Of a stretch of DNA of 64,000 nt, positions 50,762 to 64,000 are shown in pieces. The stretch comes from the human T2T-CHM13v2.0 reference genome, Homo sapiens. The notes under the pieces were generated by a model. It was given only the letters and a program-made list of their open reading frames with translations, was not told where the DNA came from and did no database searches. A program made the position numbers and the translations under genes. The stretch is from positions 13,696,001-13,760,000 of the forward strand of contig CP086569.2 in NCBI GenBank assembly GCA_009914755.4, read 5' to 3'. Position 1 is the stretch's first letter. Each line of letters opens with the position of its first letter.

Positions 50762-51055
50762 TTTTTTTTTTATTTCAGACGGAGTCTTGCACTGTCATCC
50801 AGGTTGGAGTGCAATGGTGTGATCTCGGCTCACTGCAACCTCTGCCTCCTGGTTCAAGCAATTCTCCCACCTCAGCCTCCCAACTAGCTGAGATTACAGG
50901 CACCTGCCAGCACGCCAGGCTAATTTTTTGTGTTTTTAGTAGAGGCAGGGTTTCACTATGTTGGCCAGGCTTGTCCTGAACTCCTGACCTCATGATCTGT
51001 CTGCCTTGGCCTCCCAAAGTGCTGGGAATACAGGCGTGAGCCACTGCACCCAGCC
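50762..51055 (-). mobile_element. Alu SINE (antisense) with a TSD
   Basis: A poly-T head is followed by the antisense Alu. The TSD cagatYtcatttttt flanks both sides (50744-50760 and 51056-51072). Confidence 0.9.
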
Positions 51056-52139
51056 CAGATTTCATTTTTTGGGCCTAGCCAGCTAATTTTTATCTCTGGC
51101 ACTTAGTTTGGGAGATGGAATGATAACATGTCTTTTAAGATATTATATATTAAAAAATGTATGTGTTTTCCTTGACCTTCAAAACCCCTCACCTTCAAGC
51201 TGCCTACATGGTTTTGAACTTATGCACCACTTAGATTGTGGTTTGTTTATAAAGCCATACTGCCTGTTACCCACACTTCTGACAGTTGGGACTATTTCTT
51301 CTCACCCTTTCTGCTACTCTTAATCCACATGTTTTAAAATAATTATACATAGGTAGTACCTTTTTATAAGACAGTGAGGATTAAATTCATTAATATGTGT
51401 GCAGCACTTAGTGTATTACCTGGTTTTTAAGTGCTATAAATATTAGCTGCTATTAAAATTGCTTATCATATGTCTTCAGTTTACTCACAGCAAATTCTGT
51501 TCATTAGCATAAAAGAAAACATCAGAGGAGTAACACAGTCAAGTAATAGTGGCCATATGGAACTACATAGCCATCAGTGTCTTTATCAGTAATGTTTTCC
51601 AGTTTGCAAGAAATGAAGGACCTTTCATATCCACAGCTTCTGCAAACACCATTTCCTCTAAACATGTATGAAAAATATTTGAAAACAAAAAATAACAGTA
51701 CTACCATAAAAAGTAATATAAATTCAAAAGCCATTACAGTGTAATAACCATCTACATAGCATACTTAATACATTGTATTAAGTAGGTTATGTAGAGATGG
51801 TTTAAACTATACAGGAGGATGTCTGTAGATGATATGTAAATACTGCTCCATTTTAAATCAGAAACTTGAGCAGACACAGATTTTGATATTTATGGGGGTC
51901 CTAGAGCCAGTCCCCTACAGATACCAAAGGATGAGTATATTTATATATTTTTAGCTTTGGTAAGTAAGGATTCTTTAAGTCAGTTATGACATAATTACCC
52001 TGATGGTATTTATTTTTATTTACTCATCTGCTTATAAATAAATTTAAATAGACTGTAAACTTTAAAATTAACATGAAATTGTTTTAGTTTCTGTTCTAGT
52101 TACAAGAGAACATTTGTTTATATTCTCTGTTTATTATAG

Positions 52140-52890
52140 GTTGACACAGTAAAGCGCCTGCTAATTAAAAAATTGCCTCGGGTTCTTGCTATCCAACTCA
52201 AACGATTTGACTATGACTGGGAAAGAGAATGTGCAATTAAATTCAATGATTATTTTGAATTTCCTCGAGAGCTGGATATGGGACCTTACACAGTAGCAGG
52301 TGTTGCAAACCTGGAAAGGGATAATGTAAACTCAGAAAATGAGTTGATTGAACAGAAAGAGCAGTCTGACAATGAAACTGCAGGAGGCACAAAGTACAGA
52401 CTTGTAGGAGTGCTTGTACACAGTGGTCAAGCAAGCGGTGGGCATTATTATTCTTACATCATTCAAAGGAATGGTAAAGATGATCAGACAGATCACTGGT
52501 ATAAATTTGATGATGGAGATGTAACAGAATGCAAAATGGATGATGATGAAGAAATGAAAAATCAGTGTTTTGGTGGAGAGTACATGGGAGAAGTATTTGA
52601 TCACATGATGAAGCGCATGTCATATAGGCGACAGAAGAGGTGGTGGAATGCTTACATACTTTTTTATGAACAAATGGATATGATAGATGAAGATGATGAG
52701 ATGATAAGATACATATCAGAGCTAACTATTGCAAGACCCCATCAGATCATTATGTCACCAGCCATTGAGAGAAGTGTACGGAAACAAAATGTGAAATTTA
52801 TGCATAACCGATTGCAATATAGTTTAGAGTATTTTCAGTTTGTGAAAAAACTGCTTACATGTAATGGTGTTTATTTAAACCCTGCTCCAG
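52140..52890 (+). CDS. USP9Y: USP9Y long coding exon (751 nt) [28 protein letters not shown]...[13 protein letters not shown]...NGVYLNPAP plus G; contains the USP His box
   Basis: Acceptor tttattatag|GTT (AG at 52138-52139) and donor CCAG|gtaagc (GT at 52891-52892). 250 codons plus 1 nt. The His-box His codon CAT is at about 52443-52445. The ORF-track entry 52173..52901 lies in this frame. Confidence 0.9.
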
Positions 52891-53285
52891 GTAAGCTTTG
52901 AAAGTAGCTTCTTCTAATAAAGAATAGTTTTTATTTGGCTTCTAGGATACCTTACAGGGCATCAAATGTGTTTCACCTTTTTCTTCAGTTTTCTTTTATT
53001 TTTTCATAGAATCTTTAACCTCATTTTATATGAATGTGTTGGCTTTTTTGGTATAGTTATTTTAAAATGAAAAAATTATGATATCTGTACCTTTGAACAG
53101 TGATTCTTAATATATGGAAATATAGAAAAGCATTTGTTGTAGTAATTACTATTTTTTACTCAAGAATTAGTTTGAAATATGGGTTAGGGAAGGGGTAAGA
53201 TAATCACTAAGAATAACTAAGATTTTTTAACATAGAGTTTGAAGATAAAAATGTTTTTAACCATATATATACTTTTTATTTAAAG

Positions 53286-53409
53286 GGCAGGATTATTTGT
53301 TGCCTGAAGCAGAAGAAATTACTATGATTAGTATTCAGCTTGCTGCTAGATTCCTCTTTACCACTGGATTTCACACCAAGAAAATAGTTCGTGGTCCTGC
53401 CAGTGACTG
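53286..53409 (+). CDS. USP9Y: USP9Y coding exon (G)[40 protein letters not shown] plus TG
   Basis: Acceptor ttttatttaaag|GG (AG at 53284-53285) and donor TG|gtacat (GT at 53410-53411). The phases close correctly with neighbouring exons (G|GG Gly; TG|G Trp). Confidence 0.82.
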
Positions 53410-53688
53410 GTACATGGTTTTGGATTTCATTCTTATAGTACTTATAGTTGTTTGGTTCTTTATTTTTTCCTGTTTTATTTTTTCCTAACCATGAAAATAT
53501 CATTTCAAATTTAAAATATAGAATAAAAATCTTGGCAGTAGTCATGAGATAAATTAAATGTGCCTTTATTTAAAAACTGGCTCCTAGTCCTGTGAATTTG
53601 TATCATATCTGAGTCTATTTCATCATTTAATTATTTTATTTTTACTAGATGAAATTCTCACTTATAGTTAAAAAGGTAGATGATTTTT

Positions 53689-53812
53689 AGGTCAGGTGTG
53701 GTGGCTTATACCTGTAATCCCAACACTTCAAGAGGCCAAGGTGGCAGGACTTGAGGCCAGGAATTTAAGACCAGCTTGGGCAACATAGTGAAACCTCGTC
53801 TCAACAAAAAGT
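53689..53812 (+). mobile_element. Alu monomer (FLAM/FRAM-like, old)
   Basis: ggtcaggtgtggtggcttatacctgtaatcccaacacttcaagaggccaaggtggcaggacttgaggccaggaatttaagaccagcttgggcaacatagtgaaacctcgtctc. Confidence 0.75.
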
Positions 53813-54137
53813 TAAATTACCTCAGTGTGGTGACTCACACCTGTAGTCCTAGCACTTTAGGATCCACCTAATCCACCAGGCTGGGATGGGTAGATCACTT
53901 TAGGCCTGGAGTTTGAGGCTAGCCTAGGCAACATAGCAAGATATCTTGTATACAAAAAAAAAAAAAATTAAAATAATTAGCTAGTAGCTTGTTCACGTAG
54001 AGCCAGCTACTTGGGAGGCTGAGGCAGTAGTATCATTTGAGCCCAGGAGTTTGAAGCTGAAGTTAGCTGTAATTGCACCACTACATTTATTTCAGCTTGG
54101 TCAGTAGAGACTCTGCCTCTTTAAAAATTAAAAAAAG
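53813..54137 (+). mobile_element. Alu SINE (old, AluJ-like)
   Basis: A diverged dimeric Alu, ...cagtgtggtgactcacacctgtagtcctagcactttag..., ending in an A-rich tail. Confidence 0.8.
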
Positions 54138-54513
54138 ACAATTTTAAAATAGCTGTATAGTTTTAAGTTACTATTAATTATAAAAGTACGGAATACATTA
54201 TAATGCCTTGATTTAACAACTCTTAGCATTGCTCACGTTGAAAGATATTAAAGAAATGTTACTTCACTGGGGAGAGTTTGATCATGGATTTGCAGAGAGC
54301 TACATATATTTCGTATTTCATTCCTTTTTTTGACTCTGTGGGACTAAAGTCACACAGCTTTATCAATCTGATATTTGTACTAAAACCAACTGACCGTTAA
54401 TTGGAGAGAACATCTCAGATCGTTGTTTGGTTCATAAAAATCTGTTTCTTCCATGTACCAAGCAAAATAAACACATCACTAAAATTTGACGTTCATAGAT
54501 GTTTCTGTTTTAG

Positions 54514-54739
54514 GTATGATGCACTGTGCGTTCTTCTCCGTCACAGCAAAAATGTACGTTTTTGGTTTACTCATAATGTCCTTTTTAATGTATCAAATCG
54601 CTTCTCTGAATACCTTCTGGAGTGCCCTAGTGCAGAAGTGAGGGGTGCATTTGCAAAACTTATAGTGTTTATTGCACACTTTTCCTTGCAAGATGGGTCT
54701 TGTCCTTCTCCTTTTGCATCTCCAGGACCTTCTAGTCAG
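54514..54739 (+). CDS. USP9Y: USP9Y coding exon (W)[75 protein letters not shown]
   Basis: Acceptor ctgttttag|G and donor CAG|gtaatt (GT at 54740-54741). 1 nt plus 75 codons. Confidence 0.87.
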
Positions 54740-55337
54740 GTAATTGCATGGCTTTTTTTTTTTTTTAAGCAATTAAATACTTAGAAGTAAATTCTGTTTC
54801 TGCAAATTCATATTAGCAAATTTATGTTCCTCTCTTTGATGTATTCACCATAAACAAATTCATACGTATGTTATGACACTTGTGAGTTCGTAAAATTATT
54901 TCATGGTAATAGTGATTGCTGGGCATTCTGAAAAAGAAGGGAAATTCCTTTTGTGTATTCAATTATTTAGTTATTTAGTAAATCCTTAAGTTTGACATTT
55001 TTAAGATTTATTTTTATAATGGCTAAAGGCTTTTCAGTGAAACACTGTAACATGAAATTGACATTAGTGATAATGTAAATAAATAATCCACTTAAATTCT
55101 TCTGTTGAAGTTGCCAGGGCTTTTTGTTTGTTTGTTTGTTTGTTTTACAGTTACAGTAACATACAAGATCTACAATGAAGTCTAGCCGAGCTCTTCATTC
55201 TCTCTCTCAAAGAGCAACTATATTTAATAATTTTCTTTCTGAAAGATTTGCTCCGTATAGGAACATAACCTTTTGTATGCAAATAAAAGCTGTTTCTGCA
55301 TCTTGATGCTGATAAAATAATATTTCATTTTTCACAG

Positions 55338-55467
55338 GCATGTGATAACTTGAGCTTGAGTGACCACTTACTAAGAGCCACACTAAATCTCTTGAGAAGG
55401 GAAGTTTCAGAGCATGGACATCATTTACAGCAATATTTTAATTTGTTTGTAATGTATGCCAATTTAG
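55338..55467 (+). CDS. USP9Y: USP9Y coding exon [43 protein letters not shown] plus G
   Basis: Acceptor ttttcacag|GCA and donor TTAG|gtaaga (GT at 55468-55469). 43 codons plus 1 nt. Confidence 0.87.
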
Positions 55468-57907
55468 GTAAGAATTTTTCACAACTATATTAATGATTGT
55501 TTCAATTTCAAATATTAAATGGGAAGCACATTTTAATCAAGTGATTACATGTAATTTGTTCTGAAGTAGAAGCAATATACCATATTCATATTCTTAAAAT
55601 GCATTGCAAATTTTCTGTGTAACTTTAATGGCATTTCTCATATTATATGGTAATTTATGCACTTGTTTTATTTCTCTGGTAATCTTTAAGATCACATACT
55701 TTGTCTGATTGATGTTATCTCTTAACATTGCTTTTTGAAAAATACTGGCTTCCTGGTCATACCCCACACTATCTGAATCAGAATTCCTAGGGCTTGGATA
55801 AGGAATCCATATTTCTAAAGGACCCCAAGTGCTTGTGTTGCTTATCAGGTTTAAGAATTATTTCTTTAAAGAATTTGACATGTACATATGTTTTATTAAA
55901 ATAAACTAAATTGAAATTAATAATAATGCAAATTTATAATCCACTTTAATTCTTCTGTTGATATTAATATTAACATCAATTAAGAAATGTGATTTTCAGT
56001 ATATCTTTCTTAAGGTAGCCTGCTTTTTCTCACATCAACCTATTTATTTCTTCTTTTGAGTGCCTCTAGAATGCTTACCCAAAAAATTCTGTTTGGCTTA
56101 TTCCATTGTGTTTTGATGGTTTTTAAAATATTTGCCTTACTCCCCAGCTAGGTAGCAGAATTCTTGCAATGAGTGGGGATTGCATAGAACAACTCAGTCA
56201 TTGTTGAATGCATGGATAGATTGCCAGGAATCCACATCAAAAATCATTATAGTGTTTTCAATGTTGTTTTATGTTGTTTTTATTGTGTGGAAAGAAGAGT
56301 AAATTTATTACAGATGTAGTTATCCAATTTGAATATCAGCAATTCAGGTGTTAGTACAACAATATTTCAAAATTAATAATTTATTGATATAATTAAAATT
56401 TATTGACTAGTTAAAATTTTAGTGTTAGTAATAAGTATTTGATCACATTTTTTGAAGATTTGACTCAATTAGCACATACACTTTTATATCTATGATATTT
56501 GTGATTTTTAAAAGTTAAATTTTATAACTGTGTATCTATATTACACTTTTATATCTGTGGTATTTGTGATTTTTAAAAGTTATTCAGCTAACTTTTAAAA
56601 ATCACAAATATCTTACTACCTAAAGTTAAGTTCTGTAGTCATGCATTCTTCTAATGAAAGTGTTATATGTGTTATTAATCTTTAACTTGAGCAGGAAGAA
56701 CATTTTATCAGTTATTCTTCCTTCTCTGATCATCTCTGTGTTTTCTCTTTCTCTGCCTTGCCTGACTACATATGAGATTCCTGGATACTTGTAATAGAGT
56801 AAGAAGCAGATATTACACAAACATAAATGAAGTCACTTTTATATTTTAAATATAAAAGTATTAAGTTTATGCATTCACAAAAATCCTATTTTATACTATT
56901 TTATTTTAGATATTGGCTGCTCATATACAACACATTGATGGTTTATAATACAACTTAATGATAATTTTCCCTGCCAAGAATTAGTGTAGATTTATGACTC
57001 TTAAGTCATTAGGGCAGTATGTTTTAGGTTTTAGAAGTTTTTGGATTTCAGAAAAATGAGACAATGCGTTTGCCACACGTCGTGTGAGATTCCCAGTAAG
57101 GCCTCAGGCAGTACCCTACAATCAAACATGCTAATATTTCTGTGATGAATAATTAATATTTCCTTTAAGGGTGGAAGAAGCAGCTTGCCAGGAGAAAGGG
57201 GTTGGTTAGGATTTTTTAAACAGAGTGGTTGGTGCATGCAGGCTTAGTATTGACATAACTTTGCTTCTTAGACACAGTGTGAGGTATTCAGTGTGACTTT
57301 ATACAGTGAAGAATACAGAATAGCAGGACTGATTTCCAGGATTCTCTAATTATGCTACTCTGATTTTGTAAAGTGTTCTGGACATTATCAGGAGGGCATG
57401 AATGGACCACTAGAGGATCACAAGAAGCTTAACTTAAAAACATCACACTGTCTATAACGTAGAATGGCTTACGATAGACCAAGATAAGAAAGTATTAAAA
57501 ATTATCAATAGAAAAAAATTGCGGCTGCTTTATATTAGGGAAACTGGCAGTATGGAAGACAGGTATGAACAGATGCAGGAGCTCTTTATGAGTTAGAATC
57601 AGCAGGAGTTGGTAATTTGATATTTGAGAAAGCGGAGCAGGAAAGAGATGTTAAGCCTACATCCAGCATGTGACTTGATGAACTGAGAAAATAGTAGTGC
57701 CATTTTCTGATAGAGGAAAAAGGAGTTGTGTGAGCAGATTGCATTTTAAAAACATATGGGATACCTATATAAAGAAATCCAGTAGTGGGATACATATGTC
57801 CAGAATTTGGAATCATCTAAAATCATTTGGATACATCTATTACTATAGATGTAGTTACAAAAAACAAGCCACGTAAGGGAATGTCCTAGAATGGAAACTT
57901 TTTCTAG

Positions 57908-58264
<357 letters not shown>

Positions 58265-58606
58265 TAGTTTCTGTCTTACTTTCTTATGATGAAAGTTATT
58301 CTTTAGCTAGGGCCTTCCAGCTTCTCTAGGCCCTAGAAAGTATACATTTCCCTTAGTACCTAGGCTAATTGGAATGCCATAGTCATGATCATTATTTCAG
58401 GGTTACGGTACTGTATCTTATTTAATTATATCAGTGTATTTTCTGTTCTGTCAGCATTCTGCCTGTATTGTTTCTATTCTAAGCAAAGAGAATGAGCTTT
58501 TAGTAATATAACTTACAAAGAGCTATAATAATTAATTTTTAATTATTGCAGTACTTACCCTCTTAGTTTTTTTTTCTACATATTATTTTTCTGTCCTTTT
58601 TTATAG

Positions 58607-58792
58607 GTGTGGCAGAAAAAACACAGCTTCTGAAATTGAATGTACCTGCTACCTTTATGCTTGTGTCTTTAGACGAAGGACCAGGTCCTCCAATCAAATA
58701 TCAGTATGCTGAATTAGGCAAGTTATATTCAGTAGTGTCTCAGCTGATTCGTTGTTGCAATGTGTCATCAACAATGCAGTCTTCAATCAATG
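58607..58792 (+). CDS. USP9Y: USP9Y coding exon (G)[61 protein letters not shown] plus G
   Basis: Acceptor ccttttttatag|GT and donor AATG|gtaaag (GT at 58793-58794). Confidence 0.87.
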
Positions 58793-59206
58793 GTAAAGTA
58801 GCATGTTCCATTTCTTTTACAGCAGTTTAAAAATAATGCTAGCTTTATGTAGCACTTGATAAAAAGTAGCTCTGAAGATTTATAAAAATGAAATTAGTCT
58901 GAAGGCCTATGTTCTAGAATATTATATTTCTTAAGTTTTAGCTTTTTCATATGTTTAATAGGGAGTTTATTTTTTAAATGTAGGATACTGTGATATCTTA
59001 TGAAATGCTTAGTGTAAAAATGATAAACTTTGTCTTTAGTGTCAGCATTTATATTTTGCATTTTATCATCTTGGTATATACCTGACCATTTAGGTGAATT
59101 TTTAATTTAATTTAAAATCAGATTGTATTTTTTAAGTTAAGAAGTTTATTATTATAATTTTGTGAGGAATTCTATTGGTTTTTCATTGATAACAAATCTG
59201 TTCTAG

Positions 59207-59427
59207 GTAATCCCCCTCTCCCCAATCCTTTCGGTGACCTTAATTTATCACAGCCTATAATGCCAATTCAGCAGAATGTGTTAGACATTTTATTTGTGAG
59301 AACAAGTTATGTGAAGAAAATTATTGAAGACTGCAGTAACTCAGAGGATACCATCAAATTACTTCGCTTTTGCTCTTGGGAGAATCCTCAGTTCTCATCT
59401 ACTGTCCTCAGCGAACTTCTCTGGCAG
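59207..59427 (+). CDS. USP9Y: USP9Y coding exon (G)[73 protein letters not shown]
   Basis: Acceptor tgttctag|GT and donor CAG|gtgaaa (GT at 59428-59429). 2 nt plus 73 codons. Confidence 0.87.
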
Positions 59428-59512
59428 GTGAAAGAAAAATAAACATTTATATATCTGTAATTCTATTCATTTTTTAAAAATACATAATTCACTATCTCTT
59501 ACCTATTTGTAG

Positions 59513-59601
59513 GTTGCATATTCATATACCTATGAACTTCGGCCATATTTAGATCTACTTTTCCAAATTTTACTGATTGAGGACTCCTGGCAGACTCACA
59601 G
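59513..59601 (+). CDS. USP9Y: USP9Y coding exon [29 protein letters not shown] plus AG (Arg completed downstream of the window)
   Basis: Acceptor cctatttgtag|GTT (AG at 59511-59512) and donor CACAG|gtgaat (GT at 59602-59603). This is the last exon detectable; the next exon lies beyond the L1 that fills the rest of the window. Confidence 0.84.
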
Positions 59602-59753
59602 GTGAATACCCTTTTGCCACCAGAATAATTAGAATTTCCCAAGTTCTTGAAATGACTGGAATTGTCATTTGCCATACACATTTTTTATCTTTGATACTCC
59701 GCTTAATGTTGTCTTTAAAAACATATGAAGAAAAATTGCCACTTACTTGCATT

Positions 59754-62700
59754 CTTTTTTTTTTTAATTATACTTTCAGTTCTAGGGTACATCTGCACAA
59801 CATGCAGGTTTGATACATAGGTATACATGTGCCATGTTGGTTTACTGCACCCATCAACTTGACACTTACATTAGCTATTTCTCCTAATGCTATTCCACCC
59901 CCGCCCCCACCCCCCGACAGGCCCTGGTGTGTGATGTTCCCCGCCCTGTGTCCAAGTGATCTCATTGCTCAATTCCCACTTATGAGTGAGAACATGCAGT
60001 GTTTGGTTTTTTGTCCTTGTGACAGTCTCCTCAGAATGATAGTTTCCAGCTTCATCCATGTGCCTGCAAAGGACATGAACTCATACTTTTTTATGGCTTC
60101 ACAATATTCCATGGTGTGTATGTGCCACATTTTCTTTATCCAGCCTGTCATTGATGGATACTTGGGTTGGTTCCAAGTCTTTGCTCTTGTGAATAGTGCC
60201 TCAGTAAACAAACATGTGCATGTGTCTTTATAGTAGCATGATTTATAATCCTTTGGGTATATACGCAGTAATGGGATCAGTTGGTCAAATGGTATTTCTA
60301 GTTCTAGATCCTTGAGGAATTGCCACAGTCTTCTACAATGGTTGAACTAATTTACACTCTCAACAACAGTGTAAAACCGTTCCTATTCCTCCACAACCTC
60401 ACCAGCATCTGTTGTTTATTGACATTTTAAGAATCACCATTCTGACTGGTGTGAGATGGTATCTCATTGTGGTTTTGATTTACATTTCTCTAATCATCAG
60501 CTTTTTTCCATGTGTCTGTTGCCTGCATAGATGTCTTCTTTTGAGAAGTGTTGTTCATATCTTTTGCCCACTTCTTGATGGGGTTATTTGTTTTTTTTTC
60601 TTGTAAATTTCTTTGAGTTCTTTGTAGATTCTGGATATTAGGCCTTTGTCAGATGGGTAGATTGCAAAAATTTTCTCCCATTCTGTAGGTTGCCTGTTCA
60701 CTATGATGGTAGTTTCTTTTGCCATGTAGAAGCTCTTTACTTTACATTTGTCTATTTTGGCTTTTGTTGCCATTGCTTTTGATGTTTTAGTCGTGAAGAC
60801 CTTGCCCATCCTATCTCCTGAATGGTATTGCCTAGGTTTTCTTCTAGGGTTTTCATGGTTTTAGGTCTAACATTTAAGTCTTTAATCCATCTTGAATTAA
60901 TCTTTGTATAAGGTGTAAGGAAGGGATCCAGTTTCAGCTTTCTACATATGGCTAGCCAGTTTTCCCAGCACCACTTATTAAATAGGGAATCCTTCCCCCA
61001 TTGCTTGTTTTTCTCAGGTTTGTCAAAGATCAGATAGTTGTAGAAGTGTGGGGTTATTTCTGAGGCCTCTATTCTGTTCCATTGGTCTATATATCTGTTT
61101 TGGTACCAGTACCATGCTGTTTTGGTTACTGTAGCCTTGTAGTATACTTTGAAGTCAAGTAACGTGATGCCTCCAGCTTTGTTCTTTTGGCTTAGGATTG
61201 TCTTGGCAATGCAGGCTCTTCTTTGGTTCCATACTAACTTTGAAGTAGTTTTTTCCAATTCTGTGAAGAAAGTTATTGGTAGCCTGATGGGGATGGCATT
61301 GAATCTATAGATAACCTTGGGCAGTATGGCCATTTACATGATATTGATTCTTCCTATCCATGAGCATGGAATGTTCTTCCATTTGTTTGTGTCCTCTTTT
61401 ATTTCATTGAGCAGTGGTTTGTAGTTCTCCTTGAAGAGGTCCTTCACATCCCTTGTAAGTTGTATTCCTATGTATTTTATTGTTTGAAGTGATTGTGAAT
61501 GGGAATTCATTCATGATTTGGCTCTCTGTTATTGGTGTATAGGAATGCTTGTGATTTTTGGCACATTGATTTTTTATGCTGAGACGTTGCTGAAGTTGCT
61601 TATCAGCTTGAGGTTTTGGGCTGAGACAATGGGGTTTTCTAAATATATAGTCATGTCATCTGCAAACAGGGACAATTTGACTTCCTCATTTCCTAATTGA
61701 ATATCCTTTATTTCTTTCTCTTTCCTGATTGCCCTGGCCAGAACGTCCAACACTATACTGAACAGGAATGGTGAGACAGGGCATCGCTGTGTTGTACCGG
61801 TTTTCAAAGGGAATGCTTCCAGTTTTTGCCCATTCAGTATGATATTGGCTGTGGGTTTGTTATAAATAGCTCTTATTTTGAAATACATTCCATCAATACC
61901 TAGTTTATTGAGAGTTTTTAGCATGAAGGGCTACTGAATTTTGTTGAAGGCCTTTTCTGCATCTATTGAGATAATCATGTGGTTTTTTTCATTGGTTTTG
62001 TTTATGTGATGGATTATGTTTATTGATTTGCATATGTTGAACCAAGCTTGCATCCCAGGGATGAAGCCCACCTGATCATGATGGATAAGCTTTTGGATGT
62101 GCTGCTGGATTTGGTTTGCCAGTATTTTCTTGAGGATTCCTGCATCAATGTTCACCAGGGATATTGGTCTAAAATTCTCTTTTTTTATTGTGACTCTGCC
62201 AGGCTTTGGTATCAGGATGATGCTGGCCTCGTAAAATGAATTAGGGAGGATTCCCTCTTTTTTCTGCTGATTGGAATAGTTTCAGAAGTAATGGTATCAG
62301 CTCCTCTTTGTACCACTGGTAGAATTCAGCTGTGAATCCATCTAGTTCTGGACTTGTTTTGGTTGGTAGGCTATTAATTAATGCCTCAATTTCAGAGCCT
62401 GTTATTGGTCTATTCAGGGATTCAACTTCTTCCTGGTTTAGTCTTGGGAGAGTGTAGGTGTCCAGGAATTTGTCCATTGCTTCTAGATTTTCTAATTTAT
62501 TTGCATAGAGGTGTTTATAGTATTCTCTGATGGTAGTTTTTATTTCTGTGGGATCAGTGGTGATATCCCTTTATCATTTTTTATTGCATCTATTTGATGT
62601 TTCTCTCTTGTCTTCTTTATTAGTCTTGCTAGTGATCTATTTATTTTGTTGATCTTTTCAAAAAACCAGCTCCTGGATTCATGACTTTTTTTTTTTTAAG

Positions 62701-64000
62701 GGTTTTTTGTGTCTCTATCTCTTTCAGTTCTGCTCTGATCTTAGTTATTTCTTGCCTTCTGCTAGCTTTTGAATGTGTTTTGAATGTGTTCTTGCCTTCT
62801 GCTAGCTTTTGAATGTGCTCTTGCTTCTCTAGTTCTTTTAATTGTGATGTTAGGGTGTTGATTTTAGAACTTTCCTGCTTTCTCTTGTGGGCATTTAGTG
62901 CTATAAATTTCCCTCTACACACTGCTTTAAATGTGTCCCAGAGATTCTGGTACATTGTGTCTTTGTTCTCATTGGTTTAAAAAACATCTTTATTTCTGCC
63001 TTCATTTCACTATGCAGTGGTCATTCAGGAGCAGGTTGTTCAGTTTCCATGTAGTTGTGCAGTTTTGAGTGAGTTTTCTTCATCCCGAGTTCTAATTTGA
63101 TTGCTCTGTGCTCTGAGAGATGGTTTGTTGTGATTTCTGTTCTTTTACATTTGCTGAGGAGTGCTTTACTTCCAACTATGTGGTCAATTTTAGAATAAGT
63201 GTGATGTGGTGCTGAGAAGAATGTATATTCTGTTGATTTGGGGTGGAGAGTTCTGTAGATGTCTACTAGGTCTGCTTGTTGCAGAACTGATTTCACGTCC
63301 TGGATATCTTTGTTAACCTGTCTCAATCTTTCTAATATTGACAGTGGAGAGTTAAAGTCTCCACTGTCACACAAAATAATAATTTTGTCTCCCATTATTA
63401 TTGTGTGGGAGTCTAAGTCTCTTTGTAGGTCTCTAAGGACTTGCTTTACAAATCTTGGTGCTCCTGTATTGGGTGCATATATATTTAGGATAGTTAGCTC
63501 TTCTTGTTGAATTGATCCCTTTACCATTATGTAGTGGCCTTCTTTGTTGGTTTAAACTCTTTTGATCTTTGTTGGTTTAAAGTCTGTTTTATCTGAGACG
63601 AGGATTGCAACCCCTGCTTTTCTTTTGCTTTCCATTTGCTTGGCAGATCTTCCTCCATCCCTTTATTTTGAACCTGTGTGTGTCTTTGCACATGAGATGG
63701 GTCTCCTGAATGCAGCACACCGATGGGTCTTGACTCTTTATCCAATTTGCTGGTCTGTGTCTTTTATTTGGGGCATTTAGCCCATTTACATTTAAGGTTA
63801 ATATTGTTATGTGTGGATTTGATCCTGTCATTATGATGTTAGCTGGTTATTTTGCCAGTTAACTGATGCAGTTTCTTCACAGCCTTGATGATCTTTACAA
63901 TTTGGCATGTTTTTGCAGTGGCTGATACCGCTTGTTCCTTTCCATGTTTAGTGCTTCCTTCAGGAGCTCTTGTAAGGCAGGCCTGGTGGTGACAAAATCT
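59754..64000 (-). mobile_element. L1 (L1PA-type) in antisense orientation; 3' end and poly-A at 59754-59770, body runs past the window end; ORF2 is fragmented
   Basis: A poly-T at 59754-59765 is followed by the reverse complement of the L1 3' UTR (ttctagggtacatctgcacaacatgcaggtttgatacataggtatacatgtgccatgttgg). Minus-strand ORFs match the L1 ORF2 endonuclease (MTGSNPHITILTLNVNGLN...) and RT ([33 protein letters not shown]), fragmented by stops and frameshifts. There is a 27-bp tandem duplication at about 62751-62817. Confidence 0.92.

Noticed and set aside
52243-52604. Minus-strand ORFs 52243..52434 and 52332..52604 antisense to the long USP9Y exon
   Set aside because: They are shadow ORFs on the opposite strand of a real coding exon. 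They have no splice or homology support.
59754-59770. The poly-T run immediately downstream of the last exon, as a possible regulatory polypyrimidine element
   Set aside because: It is the poly-A tail of the antisense L1 seen from the + strand.
60555-63831. Minus-strand ORFs of 60-193 aa (60752..61333, 61574..61924, 61931..62155, 62241..62477, 62641..62955, 63021..63527, 63589..63831)
   Set aside because: They are fragments of L1 ORF2 (endonuclease and reverse transcriptase) from the antisense L1PA element. They are not host genes, and the ORF is broken by stops and frameshifts.

Overview
This window is primate (very likely human) Y-chromosome DNA: an internal ~57-kb part of the ubiquitin-specific peptidase 9 gene, read here as USP9Y (AZFa region), transcribed on the + strand. 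The USP9 family assignment is firm. The Y rather than X paralog is inferred from many residues that differ from my recollection of USP9X, so it is less certain.

I found 18 consecutive coding exons, all GT-AG with mutually consistent phases. They total 3,503 nt (about 1,167 aa) and the translation is continuous with the USP9X/Y protein from ...[11 protein letters not shown]... to ...[10 protein letters not shown](R). They include the USP Cys box (exon at 28403-28623, [16 protein letters not shown]) and the long His-box exon (52140-52890, [13 protein letters not shown]).

The introns are packed with retroelements: at least 35 Alu copies in both orientations (several with intact target-site duplications), multiple old L1 fragments, a near full-length ancient L1 in sense orientation (38905-44640), and a younger L1PA in antisense running off the 3' end of the window (59754-64000). 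There are also LTR-like fragments, a DNA-transposon-like palindromic element nested inside an Alu, and simple or minisatellite repeats.

The most unexpected feature is a CDYL/CDY-family processed pseudogene on the minus strand (about 14230-16400) inside the 17-kb intron. It spans the chromodomain through the enoyl-CoA-hydratase-like domain and is broken by frameshifts and an Alu insertion.

I found no tRNA or rRNA genes, no CRISPR, no prokaryotic-type operons and no supportable promoter. I see no evidence for a novel biological system. The points worth a second look are the retrocopy, an Alu whose target-site duplication duplicated the 5' splice site of an exon, a decayed intronic duplicate of an exon, and the transposon nested in an Alu. 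All coordinates for repeats are approximate (about ±5-10 bp).
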